DNA of 59,205 nucleotides, the filler included. It is 4 parts of 4 records of this genome, joined end to end, with 100 filler letters (N's around TTAATTAATTAA, not from the genome) between each part and the next. Parts side by side here need not be neighbours in the genome. Positions count along the whole stretch, not along the records: positions 17,374 to 44,451 come from DRR723986_8562; 3 more parts are not named here. The stretch is one strand, 5' to 3'. Below the pieces are notes generated by a model that saw only the letters and a program-made list of their open reading frames with translations, did not search any database and was not told where the DNA came from. Numbering within the stretch: position 1 is the first letter of the stretch; every line of letters starts with the position of its first letter. Both the position numbers and the translations under genes were made by a program. Below are positions 21,937-31,830 of this stretch, piece after piece.

Positions 21937-22612
21937 AGTTCTGTTTTAGGTTGTTGAGCGGCAGTAATTCACGGGAACGAATCAGGCGCATATTCCTTGA
22001 ATTAACCGATCTTAAATCCACCAGATTTTTGCGGATTCTGTCCTCCGCTAAATGAAGGGAAGCCAATCGGTCTGCATCATTCATCTGGGCGGTAAATGAA
22101 GTCATCACCCCGGTCAGGTGGCTGAGGTTCTGTATAGACTCCTCCAGGATTTGTTGATAAACCCCAGAGATCACCTGCTTTTCTTCCCATACCAAAGCAG
22201 GGGAATTGTTGATCAGCCCCCAGGTAGTTTGATATTCCCTGACCAGTTGCTTTTGCATTTCGGCAATATCCCGAACCCGCTGAAACTGTGCGATGATTCG
22301 CTTGACTTTCCAGAGTTCCTCAAAAAGCTCATCATATTGCTTTCGCTGGCTTTCATTCCATTCAGAAATTTCCTTAAGCTTGAGCTTGCTAAGTTTATTT
22401 TCCAAAACCTTCTGTGCATTCTGAAGCCAGATGGTCTGGTTCTGCAATCGCTGGATTTTCAGATCAATTGCCTGGATGACCTTTTTCACCCCAGCCTTTA
22501 TTACTTCCAAAATCACAGCAATGGGAACGGCAGCAGCATGCTGGACAGGCAATGCAGTCAAACTGATGACCAGCGGCAGTACCACTACCAGAAGGCGTTT
22601 TCTTAGTTTCAT
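21917..22612 (-). CDS. conjugal transfer protein, TraI-like
   Basis: signal peptide; KKVIQAIDLKIQRLQNQTIWLQNAQK; MNDADRL motif. Confidence 0.7.
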   Translation of the reverse strand: MKLRKRLLVVVLPLVISLTALPVQHAAAVPIAVILEVIKAGVKKVIQAIDLKIQRLQNQTIWLQNAQKVLENKLSKLKLKEISEWNESQRKQYDELFEELWKVKRIIAQFQRVRDIAEMQKQLVREYQTTWGLINNSPALVWEEKQVISGVYQQILEESIQNLSHLTGVMTSFTAQMNDADRLASLHLAEDRIRKNLVDLRSVNSRNMRLIRSRELLPLNNLKQNYDLDGK

Positions 22613-25050
22613 GATTGTTGGGTTTTGAGTTCTTCAGCCAGGATCTGAATGGCCTTTTTCCGATTGCCGTATTTAAGCGTGTATTGTTCAACCTTCATTT
22701 TCTCTCGCTCCTCGGTCGTATAAGTGAGGTATTCTTCCAGGCTCACTTCCACCCGGTACACCTTTTTATAGATGCTGATATATACTTCCTTGTAATTCCT
22801 TCCCGGCTCTTTGGTTTTATTCATCGATAGAATAATTGCCTTCTCCTGATCGGTCAAACCCAACAACTCCTGAATGTCTTTAAACTTGTTTTGGTACTTG
22901 CTCTGATCCAGCAGGATCTTGACATCGGCATTGTTGATGATCGCATGTTTGATGATCGGGCTGGAGATGATGTCTTCCACTTCCTGGGTCACCACAATTG
23001 CTTCCCCAAAGAATTTCCTGACCGTCTTGAACAGGTACTTGATGTACTCTGCCATTCCTTCCTTTGCGATGGCCTTCCAGGCCTCCTCAATCAGGATTAT
23101 CTTTCTGACCCCCTTGAGCTTGCGCATTTTGGAAATAAATATTTCCATGATCATCAGGGTCACCACCGGAAACAAAATGGGATGATCCTTGATGTTATCC
23201 AATTCAAAAACAATGAACCGCTGGTGCAGTAAATCAAGATTTTCCCGTGCATTCAGCAGGTAATCAAATTCCCCTCCCCGGTAATAGGGGCGCAGCACAT
23301 ACATAAAATTGTCCACATCGAAGTCATGCTCCCTGACCTCATCCCGCTTTAAAACCTCCCTAAATTCATCCTTCAGAAAGTCATAAAAGGTATCGAAGCA
23401 GGGAAAGATCTCCGGGTTCTTTTCCAAGAGCCCAAAATAACCGGCCACCGCATTGGAAATTGCCACATACTCTGAGCGCCTGAATACCTCATCCTCTTTT
23501 TTCCACAACGCAATGAGCAGGGTTTTCAGACTTTCCTTTTTTTCGGTTTCCGGCCTTTTTCTTCCCTCCACGTGAAAGGGGTTAAATCGAATGGGATTAT
23601 CGTGTTCATAGGTAAAGTAATACCCTCCTACCAACTCGCATAAGCCCTGGTAGGAATGCCCCACATCCACCAATACCACATGTGTACCCTGTTCATAGTA
23701 AGAGCGCATCAGGTGATTGGTGAGAAAGGATTTTCCCGATCCAGATGGCCCCAAAACAAATTTGTTCCGGTTGGTGATCAGCCCCTGCTTCATTGGCTCA
23801 TCGGAAATATCCACATGGACAGGATACCCTGTAATTCGGTCTCCCAGCCGAATTCCAACAGGACTACGGGAAGTCCGGTAGTGGGTTTCCAGATTGAAAA
23901 AGCAGGTCGCCTGCGCAATAAAGGTATCGAAGGTTTCATTCACCGGAAAAGCAGCTTCATTTCCAGGAAGGCCTGCCCAGAAAATCTGTGGTGCCCCCAC
24001 GGTTTCCTGTTTGGGCACCACATTCATTTTGGCCAGCGCACCCGCTGCTAGGTTTCGAAGCATCGCCACCTCTTGGGCACTATCCGTCCAGCACATTACA
24101 TTAAAATGTGCCTTTACCGCCTTTCTCCCTGTAGATATAGCCTCGTTTAGAAACTCCGCAATAGCATCCCGCGCAATAGCATTCTCCCTGGAATAGTTAG
24201 CCAGAGATTCCAGTCGTTGCCGCTTGGATTCCAGCTCTTTCAACTTCTTTTGGGAATCCTCAATAAACAGAAACTGGTTATAGATATGATTACAGGGTAG
24301 CAAGGCACAAACAGGCGTGGAAAACCCGATTGGAAATTCTGTCTGATCGGTCCCGTAAGGTTCATATCTTCTATGGGGACTGACCGTGGAAGGCAGATTA
24401 TCCACCTCTCCCAGACTATAGAGCTGTACATGCTTGCTTCCTATTTTCCACTCCGGCTTAAATTGAATATCCTGAAGCATATCCACCTCGCCAAGATTCA
24501 GGTATTCCTCCAAAACACCTGGCTTTAACGGGGTTCCTGCCAGTTGTTCCCCTTTCAACCGCTCCAACACAATTCCGGCGTCGCCAAGAATCTGGACAAG
24601 CTGGCCAAGTATATTCTGAAACTCCTCCAGTACATTGCCTTCCAGCAGTTCTATCGGAACAAGAGTTTTTCTCAGCAGATTGGAAACAGCCGAATTCCCT
24701 AGCTTATTTCCCCTGAGTCTTTTGGTGATAAACAGTAAACAGCGGTGGTTAAGATGCGGCCGTTCCGCAAAGAAGCGCTCACTGGAAAGGGAATGGAAGG
24801 AATGATCCTGTCCTTCAAACTTTCCCTGATATGCGCCATCTGTAAACCAATCCTGCTTATGCAGCACGGTATTGCCGTGCAGTATCCCAACAGCCTTATT
24901 CCAGGCATGATGTACTCCTTCGAATCCTGCGGAACTCAATGAAAACAATTCAGGCAGGCCAACCTCAAAGCCTGCTGTCATGTCCCCAACCCGGGAAAGA
25001 ATCAGGTTATGCTCCACTTTGTAGATTGGAAATAAATTATCTACATCCAT
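22609..25050 (-). CDS. traG: TraG family conjugative transposon ATPase (VirB4-like)
   Basis: NRNKFVLGPSGSGKSF Walker A, LIEEAWKAI, KTVRKFFGEA. Confidence 0.96.
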   Translation of the reverse strand: MDVDNLFPIYKVEHNLILSRVGDMTAGFEVGLPELFSLSSAGFEGVHHAWNKAVGILHGNTVLHKQDWFTDGAYQGKFEGQDHSFHSLSSERFFAERPHLNHRCLLFITKRLRGNKLGNSAVSNLLRKTLVPIELLEGNVLEEFQNILGQLVQILGDAGIVLERLKGEQLAGTPLKPGVLEEYLNLGEVDMLQDIQFKPEWKIGSKHVQLYSLGEVDNLPSTVSPHRRYEPYGTDQTEFPIGFSTPVCALLPCNHIYNQFLFIEDSQKKLKELESKRQRLESLANYSRENAIARDAIAEFLNEAISTGRKAVKAHFNVMCWTDSAQEVAMLRNLAAGALAKMNVVPKQETVGAPQIFWAGLPGNEAAFPVNETFDTFIAQATCFFNLETHYRTSRSPVGIRLGDRITGYPVHVDISDEPMKQGLITNRNKFVLGPSGSGKSFLTNHLMRSYYEQGTHVVLVDVGHSYQGLCELVGGYYFTYEHDNPIRFNPFHVEGRKRPETEKKESLKTLLIALWKKEDEVFRRSEYVAISNAVAGYFGLLEKNPEIFPCFDTFYDFLKDEFREVLKRDEVREHDFDVDNFMYVLRPYYRGGEFDYLLNARENLDLLHQRFIVFELDNIKDHPILFPVVTLMIMEIFISKMRKLKGVRKIILIEEAWKAIAKEGMAEYIKYLFKTVRKFFGEAIVVTQEVEDIISSPIIKHAIINNADVKILLDQSKYQNKFKDIQELLGLTDQEKAIILSMNKTKEPGRNYKEVYISIYKKVYRVEVSLEEYLTYTTEEREKMKVEQYTLKYGNRKKAIQILAEELKTQQS

Positions 25051-25052
25051 GC

Positions 25053-25370
25053 TCAGCGCTTGATCAGGTTATAAAAGATTCTTCTACTTCTGATGACCAC
25101 ACTGGCTGGCACCTGATTTTGGGCCATTTTCTTCATCAGACCATGCTCCCCATAGGTAGCACTCAGGTGGAACACCAGTACAAAATCTGCTGTTGCCAGC
25201 ACTACGGCCACCCCAAGGCACAGGTACATGGACATCCCCATGATATACCCGATTGCAAAAGCAATCAGTGTAAGTCCCAGTCCTGCTGCCAGGTATCCGA
25301 TGTACTGTGCTTTGAGTCCCTTAAACTCCATGGCCTTGTTGATTCCTCTATTGACAGGGTATTTGATCAT
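25053..25370 (-). CDS. traF: TraF / DUF4133 family protein
   Basis: Y.VNRGINKAMEFKGLKAQY...YGEHGLMK. Confidence 0.88.
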   Translation of the reverse strand: MIKYPVNRGINKAMEFKGLKAQYIGYLAAGLGLTLIAFAIGYIMGMSMYLCLGVAVVLATADFVLVFHLSATYGEHGLMKKMAQNQVPASVVIRSRRIFYNLIKR

Positions 25371-25453
25371 GCTATAGCTTTACTAAGGTTCAGAATAAGA
25401 TAGAGTTGGTAACCGTAATGTGCTCAAGCGTAACGCCAGTGCTCTACAGGCAG

Positions 25454-25933
25454 CTATGGGGATTTGCGGAAGGTTATTTTCTGTGGATCTTGGAGGCCTT
25501 GTTGAAGTTGTTTTTGATTAGCCACAACAAACTCCGGCAGTCCTGATTTATCCAATGAAGTAAGTGTAGCCTTACCCGCTTTTTCATAGGGATGCATCTT
25601 GAGGAAGTACTCATCACTCAGTCCGTACTTTCTGGCCATCCCTACCGGGGCCAGCCCCAGTTCATCCGGGATTTCCACCAAGACAGCATTCTTCGGTAAG
25701 GTTACCATGTCCGAAGAAGCATGCAGAATGGACCGGCTTTCACGGTCATAGAAGAACAGGTAATGTCTTCCGTTTGGAGCCGTCACCATTTCATCGAGTG
25801 AAAGTTTTTTGTTGGGCAACTCCACATTCCGGAGTTCATTGAGCCGCAAATCAACTGTATAAGCATGTGCTGCAATGTCAATTTCCGGAAGTATCCCCTT
25901 TTTTCGCTGTTTGAGCAGGTCCATATCCAGCAT
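25454..25933 (-). CDS. hypothetical ICE protein
   Basis: 159-aa ORF starting 4 nt after the traE stop (MLDMDLL...GILPEIDIAAH.YTVDLRLNELR). Confidence 0.7.
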   Translation of the reverse strand: MLDMDLLKQRKKGILPEIDIAAHAYTVDLRLNELRNVELPNKKLSLDEMVTAPNGRHYLFFYDRESRSILHASSDMVTLPKNAVLVEIPDELGLAPVGMARKYGLSDEYFLKMHPYEKAGKATLTSLDKSGLPEFVVANQKQLQQGLQDPQKITFRKSP

Positions 25934-25937
25934 AGTT

Positions 25938-26240
25938 TCAGACACCAAAGAAACTCTGAAGCACCGTGGCAACCACGACCAGAAACACACAGGAACCAAA
26001 CCAGGCGGCAGCGACTTTTCCGGTATCCGGTTCCCCGTTATTCCATTTGTTGAACACCTTAACAGCCCCAACGAGTCCAACAATGGCACCTATGGCATAC
26101 ATCAATCCTGTACCCGACTGAAAGTATCCACGTACTTGCTGGGTGGCCTCGTTGATGCCCGCATTTCCGTCTTGGCCTTTCACCACGCCTGCGAGTAACA
26201 AGAAGTACATAACACTAATCCATTTCGTAATCCTTTTCAT
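25938..26240 (-). CDS. traE: TraE / DUF4134 family pilin-like protein
   Basis: QDGNAGINEAT..V..YF...LMYAIGAIVGLVGAVKVF.KW..G.PDT.K.AAAWFGSC. Confidence 0.9.
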   Translation of the reverse strand: MKRITKWISVMYFLLLAGVVKGQDGNAGINEATQQVRGYFQSGTGLMYAIGAIVGLVGAVKVFNKWNNGEPDTGKVAAAWFGSCVFLVVVATVLQSFFGV

Positions 26241-26277
26241 AGTATGTGAGTTTAGTTGGTTTGAATGATCAGTCTGG

Positions 26278-26685
26278 TTAGGCGTTGAACAGGACAAAGA
26301 CCTCTTGTTCCTCAAAATCTATCTGTCCTGTTTTGCCCGCAAGCAGCAGGTGGTTAATTAGGATTTTGCGTGCCGCAGGAGAATCAGTCAACCCGTAGTG
26401 CCTTACCTTTTGACTAAGGAGTTGAATCAATTCTGCTTTCCCTCCTACACTAGCCATGAATTCAGCATCTAATTCCTCCAGCAATGCATACAGATTATCC
26501 ATGGAAGAGCGTTTACTTTCATCCCTTTTCCTACCCTGGTTACCCAGCAGTCCCACTCTTTTTCCCTTTACCAGAAAACCGGAAATGTCAGACCGGAAAT
26601 AGCGGATTACTACAACCCCATAGTAGCAAGTGAGTACTATTCCAAGCAGCGTAAGAAAGACTCCCCATGAAACATTTTCCAGCAT
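26278..26685 (-). CDS. hypothetical membrane-anchored protein, first gene of the tra operon
   Basis: N-terminal W..F....YY TM segment; 135 aa. Confidence 0.65.
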   Translation of the reverse strand: MLENVSWGVFLTLLGIVLTCYYGVVVIRYFRSDISGFLVKGKRVGLLGNQGRKRDESKRSSMDNLYALLEELDAEFMASVGGKAELIQLLSQKVRHYGLTDSPAARKILINHLLLAGKTGQIDFEEQEVFVLFNA

Positions 26686-26820
26686 AGGTATTTAATTTTG
26701 TTGCTACAAACCTGCGCCGGAATCAGAAAAAATGTTCACACCGAATTCCGAAGGTGGGAGAAAAAAAAAAAAGATAAAAAATCAGTCTTCCCCCCTGCTG
26801 TTCAGATCTGTATTGTCCAT

Positions 26821-27615
26821 CTAACGTTCCAGTTTATCCTTCATGCGGTCCAGAAAAGTAGTCCTGCTGTTTTTTCGGATACGGATTTCCTGAAACGTAC
26901 GGTAGAACTGGGAAAGATCCTGACCGAATACCCGCTCCAGGTGTGTGGCAATATCCCGGATGGAAGCATTGCCGTTGTTAACAGCCCCGGTAGCTTTCAA
27001 CGCATAGGCAAGTTCGACCAATGCTGCTTTAGTAGCTGTCCATTTAAGCGCTTGGCTCTCCTTTTCTGTCCTGTTTTCCAGTCGGCTAATCTCCTTATCC
27101 AAAAATCCGTGTAGCTCACTATACGCACGGAATCGGGCAAAGACTTTTCCAGCAGGGGTACAATGGCTATCCCCAAGCGGTAGCGGACTCACAATCAGCA
27201 GGGGGGCATCCACTTTTTCCCGGGTAAAAAGCTGAATATCACAATCCGATCTTCCAAGACTCCAGTATTCATATAGCAACTGATATCTTCGGAAAAATAA
27301 TCGAATCGGGGCATACTGCTTAGCAAGATGCCTGATCCTGTCCTTCCTTCTTCTTGGCAGGGTGGAAAGAATATAATAGAGCTCACCAAAATATAGGAGC
27401 TCGGCCTCAAAGCCCGGTCTGATCTTCTTAAAAAACGCTACCTCTGATTCAGGAGAATTAAAGGCTTTTGCTGCCTTTACCTGGTCGCAGTAGGTGCTGA
27501 CTATCCTGTAGGATTGTTCTGCCGCGCGAAGTGGGTTGCTGGTAGATGACCCTATAGCCCCTACCTCCTCCTTCATCCGTAAATAAAGCCGGTTATAATG
27601 TTCATTAGCTATCAT
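26821..27615 (-). CDS. rteC: RteC domain regulator, possibly truncated by a nonsense codon
   Basis: E..FFK.I.P; LKWTATKAALVELAYAL; FYRTFQEIRIRKNSRTTFLD. Confidence 0.88.
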   Translation of the reverse strand: MIANEHYNRLYLRMKEEVGAIGSSTSNPLRAAEQSYRIVSTYCDQVKAAKAFNSPESEVAFFKKIRPGFEAELLYFGELYYILSTLPRRRKDRIRHLAKQYAPIRLFFRRYQLLYEYWSLGRSDCDIQLFTREKVDAPLLIVSPLPLGDSHCTPAGKVFARFRAYSELHGFLDKEISRLENRTEKESQALKWTATKAALVELAYALKATGAVNNGNASIRDIATHLERVFGQDLSQFYRTFQEIRIRKNSRTTFLDRMKDKLER

Positions 27616-27704
27616 GTTCTGACAATTTTATAGGAAGTAATCCCCTGTTAAAACTGCCCGCGGGCTGAAAATCATTAGGCCTGAGTACCCATTCAGGTAC
27701 AGAA

Positions 27705-27736
27705 CAAACCTAATTTCTCCCAGAGATAAATTCAAA
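27705..27736 (-). promoter_or_regulatory. Bacteroidota primary-sigma promoter for rteC
   Basis: TTTG-N20-TAGGTTTG on the minus strand matches the -33/-7 consensus TTTG/TAnnTTTG. Confidence 0.7.
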
Positions 27737-28018
27737 AAAACCCTATCCCTAGAACATGAATCAGGTGATTTACTGGATGACCCCGTTACAAATAGGAATG
27801 AAAAAAAACGGTCTTAACAGGATAAATCGAAGCAGAAACTTTAAAACCAAGGCAAAGAATTCTTAAAAACCATTGGGTATTAGCTTCAATAAAGGCCTAA
27901 ATCACTGACTTAATTAAGAGTTTATTAACTTATGTACCTATAATCTCCGTTTCGGAAGGACCCAGATAAACCCTGAACCCCACTTAGAGCCGGGATTGGG
28001 ACTGTAACTACTTGTGTT

Positions 28019-28828
28019 TTGGTTAAAAAGAAGCTACCGGTACGATACAATGACCAAATGATTCGCATCCTGCTATGCGTAATTGCGGCTTTTCTGGTAG
28101 CCATGTACGGAACAGGGGCACGGTTTCTGGAAACACTCTCCGATGGTTCATTTTACATCAAGTTATTAGCCGTCTTTTTAATCGCCTGTTTCTTCATTGA
28201 GTTTGTCCATAGGGTAACCGTTCGGCTTGACCACGGATATGACTGGAAGGAAAGACCCATGATCCGGCTTACGCTTCAATTTGCCCTTGGCGTATTACTT
28301 CCTGGAATCATAGACTTATTCTTACTTTATGTTTATAAGTGGTATGTTGGACTGACTTCATCCCCCAATAACCCAGGGTATAACAGCTCCATACCTACAA
28401 TGATGCTGCCTGTCTTCCTGTTCAATATCTATTACCTGTTTTATTACCAAATCCTAAGAATCCGGGAAGGCAATACACACACTAAAACTGAGATGGAACT
28501 CATGCTTGTCCAACAGGGAAGTAAAACGATTCCCATGCAATTGGAAGAAATACGGTTTATTTACCATCAAAACCGAATGAACTACTTGGTTACTACTAGC
28601 CAAAACACCTACTTTCTGAATGAGACACTGGATGAGCTAGAACGGAAATTACCAAGGCGTGATTTTTTCAGGATAAACCGTAAGATGATAATCCATTACC
28701 GCGCCTGCACCCATTTCAGGTCAAACGGCCATGGAAAGCTCCTCTTACACCTATCCCCCACATTCTCAGAAGAGGTCACTGTTAGCCAGAGCAGGGTAGG
28801 AAAGTTTAAAGAATGGATCAAGCGGTAA
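28019..28828 (+). CDS. membrane-anchored LytTR-domain regulator
   Basis: four TM helices, then TLDELERKLP..DFFRINRKMII...VSQSRV..FKEW. Confidence 0.85.
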   Translation: MVKKKLPVRYNDQMIRILLCVIAAFLVAMYGTGARFLETLSDGSFYIKLLAVFLIACFFIEFVHRVTVRLDHGYDWKERPMIRLTLQFALGVLLPGIIDLFLLYVYKWYVGLTSSPNNPGYNSSIPTMMLPVFLFNIYYLFYYQILRIREGNTHTKTEMELMLVQQGSKTIPMQLEEIRFIYHQNRMNYLVTTSQNTYFLNETLDELERKLPRRDFFRINRKMIIHYRACTHFRSNGHGKLLLHLSPTFSEEVTVSQSRVGKFKEWIKR

Positions 28829-29190
28829 AATACAGATTTGAAAATATCCAGCAATTCCTGACTTCAAGAGTTCAAAAAAGTCAATCAATGCCCCATCCTT
28901 AAGGCGCCTGGTATTTAAATCCTCAATGCTATTAGGGATATGTCAATCTAGTAGATCATACCAATCGAGTGGTCCAAAATAGGATATGCTGCATAACATG
29001 CCTCTAACTTCGATAAAAAGCAACCTCTCTGATCCATTGATTTAGCAACTAAGTCACCTGCTATTTCCCGATGAATATCCACTTGAAAAGTAAGGGGACC
29101 TATGCCAAGTTCACCTAAATCCCATACAGTTTCACCAGAAACATCAGACCAATCACATTTACAGCTAGGATTGAAGAAAAAACAATCCTT

Positions 29191-31830
29191 ATGTCTTTAC
29201 TATACAGAATCCCGCTTTTCCATTATAACATCGATGACCCGGCAGAACTCGAACTAAACAGAGCAACCATCCTAGAAGCAATTAAGCTTTCTTCTACTGC
29301 TTTTTACCGTGAGCTTCAAAGCAAACCATTTGCGGAATTGGAGCCCAAACTCAGGATCAAACTCAGGAAATACCTGCTACGTGGACGTTTCCGCCCTACT
29401 CCGTTCGGAAAGTTTGCCGGAGTTGGCGTGGGTAAGTGGGGTAATCAAATAAACCTACGTTTTCCCCTGCAGACAGAAGAAGTGGTCAGCAGTAGCAGAA
29501 TAAAACCCTCCGAAAACACTGAGTCTGAATTAACCCCGTTGAACAGCCACTACCGACTGATTCCAGGAATCCATAAAAAGCTCGGGTATTACCATGCGTT
29601 GATCTTTGATGATAAGTGCAAACACTGGAAGGGATGCAAATTTCCAGTTAACAGCCTCTTTGAAACCCTGATCTACCAGGCATCAAAACAACCCATAGAC
29701 TTCCTTGTATTCCAAAAGTTACTCAATCCAAACGAATCGGATATGGCTTTAAATCAGGCAAAAAAGCTATGGGAGCAGATTCTAGAAACAGGATTTCTGA
29801 CCCCTGAATACTCGATGGAATCCCAATACACCGGTACCGACATGGCGGTTCAAAATCACCTCGAAATCCCTGAAACCACAAAACAGCAACTGCAACAGTT
29901 CATAGATTCGGCGGGAGCATTGTTTGCAAAGGAGGAAAGCAACTATATGAGAGACTTCAAAAACTGGTTCACCACCCATTTTGATGACCGATACCTCAAC
30001 CTTGAGACACTCTTATCCCACAGTGGTTTTCTCTCCGGGCAATTTCTACAGCCAAACAATTCCCCTGTAAACGACATTACCCCGATCCTACCCGTCCATC
30101 AAACCCAACATTCCATAGACCTTGAGGAATTTTTTCCTTCCAAAGAACTCGATCAGAGAATTTACGATCTACAGCTTCTTTTTCGGCTAGACTCATTGGG
30201 AAACCCAGTCATAGAAAACATGGTATGCAACCGTCCTTTTGTTTATACCGGAAGATTTAACAGGCATCCAGCGATAGAGGCACACAGCCAAGAAACCAAA
30301 AACTGTATCTATGCCGATAATGACGTGATCTATGCGCATCTGTTGCTAAAAGAATCCGATTCAAAACAACACATCTGCAATGTCACCAACCTCTTCGCTT
30401 ATGAAATCACTGCTTTCGTTCCAGCAACTCAAAACCAACTGGGATTCGATGAGCTGTACTTAGGAATCAGCGCCAACCAAATCCAGCTATTCCATAAACC
30501 CAGCGGGCAAAGAGTAATACCAGTTATCCTGCACCCCTTGAACGGAGAACAGATCACCCATCCTATCCTAAGGCTGTTATGGGAGGCCGCCCATCAGGAA
30601 AGGTTTAGATTTAAGCCCTATCAGGAAGAATCTTTCACCAACACTTCCTATTGTTCCCAGCTCAATTGGGGAAAAATCTGTCTTCAGAGCCAAAGATGGA
30701 GGCTTGCTGCCGATCATGTTTCCGATCTAACTAAACTGCCTGAAAAACTGGATGAGGTGGGTATTCCCCAGCACATACTTGCCGGTCATGCAGACAGGGA
30801 GCTACTGCTCAACCGGTACAACCCGGACGACTTGCAGATACTATGGCAAGAACTTAAACGCTCCAAAACACTCTCCATCAGTGATCCATCCTGGTTTCCT
30901 TCCGGCATATTTCGCTCAGAAGATGGTACGGCAGCTTACCCACAGTTTGTTTTCCAATACTCCCGGCCTCGCCCCACACTCCCTTTGTCAGGGGAGTTCA
31001 ATCCTATAACTAGTGCCTATAATCACTGCCTCTGTTTCACTTTTACTCTAGTCGAATCCGACATCCCAGAGGTATTGGAGTACCTGTTCCAACATTTGGA
31101 AAAACCGGAAACCAGCTCCATTGTCACAACCTGGTTTTTTCTAATCTATGGCAAAAACGGGGCTGTTGAGATCCGCCTACGCCTATTGGAAATAGCTACC
31201 AAGGAAAAGTGTGTGCTATTACCCTACTTTTCTAACCTGTTTTCCTTAGAAGGATTGGATTGGAAAACAGCACATTATTTCCCTGAAACCTCCAAATACG
31301 GAATCAAAGACCTGGAAATTTCGCACTGCCTGTTCCATATGGAATCAAAATTCCTAGCCACAAAAACCAATCAAAACCTACACCTTCATGATGAGCCAGA
31401 TGATAAAGAAAACCTTCTTATCAGACTTTGGACGCTCATATTATCCCAGTCTCCCAACTACCCCCAGTTGTTTGAAGAACTAAAAGCTGAAGTCAAAAAT
31501 ATGCCATTCAACCAAGTCTCTGCCTATAAATCAACTTTTGATTATGTATCAACAAATGATATAGAAATATTCCCTGCAGCAACCTACCTCAACATCATAC
31601 GCTCCCATGACTATTTTTATACTTTGGGAAATTCAGGTAGTCATTTTCTGCTAAACCACCTTCATATGATGGTCAACCGGTTTTTTCCACAGAAAACACA
31701 ATACCATGAACGTAGGATCAGATACAGGCTCTACAGGGAATTAGGAAAACAGGTATATACCAATGGAAAGATAAAGGCCCCTTCCCTACATCTGAATATG
31801 TCCAAGGTGCATAAGTGCCCCATCAATTAA
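29191..31830 (+). CDS. lantibiotic dehydratase (LanB-like) with glutamylation and elimination-type domains
   Basis: KYLLRGRFRPTPFGKFAGV, GRF, G.RVIP, DRELLL, WFF.IY...IRLRL, Y.PE..KYG, HMMVNRFF. Confidence 0.82.
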   Translation: MSLLYRIPLFHYNIDDPAELELNRATILEAIKLSSTAFYRELQSKPFAELEPKLRIKLRKYLLRGRFRPTPFGKFAGVGVGKWGNQINLRFPLQTEEVVSSSRIKPSENTESELTPLNSHYRLIPGIHKKLGYYHALIFDDKCKHWKGCKFPVNSLFETLIYQASKQPIDFLVFQKLLNPNESDMALNQAKKLWEQILETGFLTPEYSMESQYTGTDMAVQNHLEIPETTKQQLQQFIDSAGALFAKEESNYMRDFKNWFTTHFDDRYLNLETLLSHSGFLSGQFLQPNNSPVNDITPILPVHQTQHSIDLEEFFPSKELDQRIYDLQLLFRLDSLGNPVIENMVCNRPFVYTGRFNRHPAIEAHSQETKNCIYADNDVIYAHLLLKESDSKQHICNVTNLFAYEITAFVPATQNQLGFDELYLGISANQIQLFHKPSGQRVIPVILHPLNGEQITHPILRLLWEAAHQERFRFKPYQEESFTNTSYCSQLNWGKICLQSQRWRLAADHVSDLTKLPEKLDEVGIPQHILAGHADRELLLNRYNPDDLQILWQELKRSKTLSISDPSWFPSGIFRSEDGTAAYPQFVFQYSRPRPTLPLSGEFNPITSAYNHCLCFTFTLVESDIPEVLEYLFQHLEKPETSSIVTTWFFLIYGKNGAVEIRLRLLEIATKEKCVLLPYFSNLFSLEGLDWKTAHYFPETSKYGIKDLEISHCLFHMESKFLATKTNQNLHLHDEPDDKENLLIRLWTLILSQSPNYPQLFEELKAEVKNMPFNQVSAYKSTFDYVSTNDIEIFPAATYLNIIRSHDYFYTLGNSGSHFLLNHLHMMVNRFFPQKTQYHERRIRYRLYRELGKQVYTNGKIKAPSLHLNMSKVHKCPIN

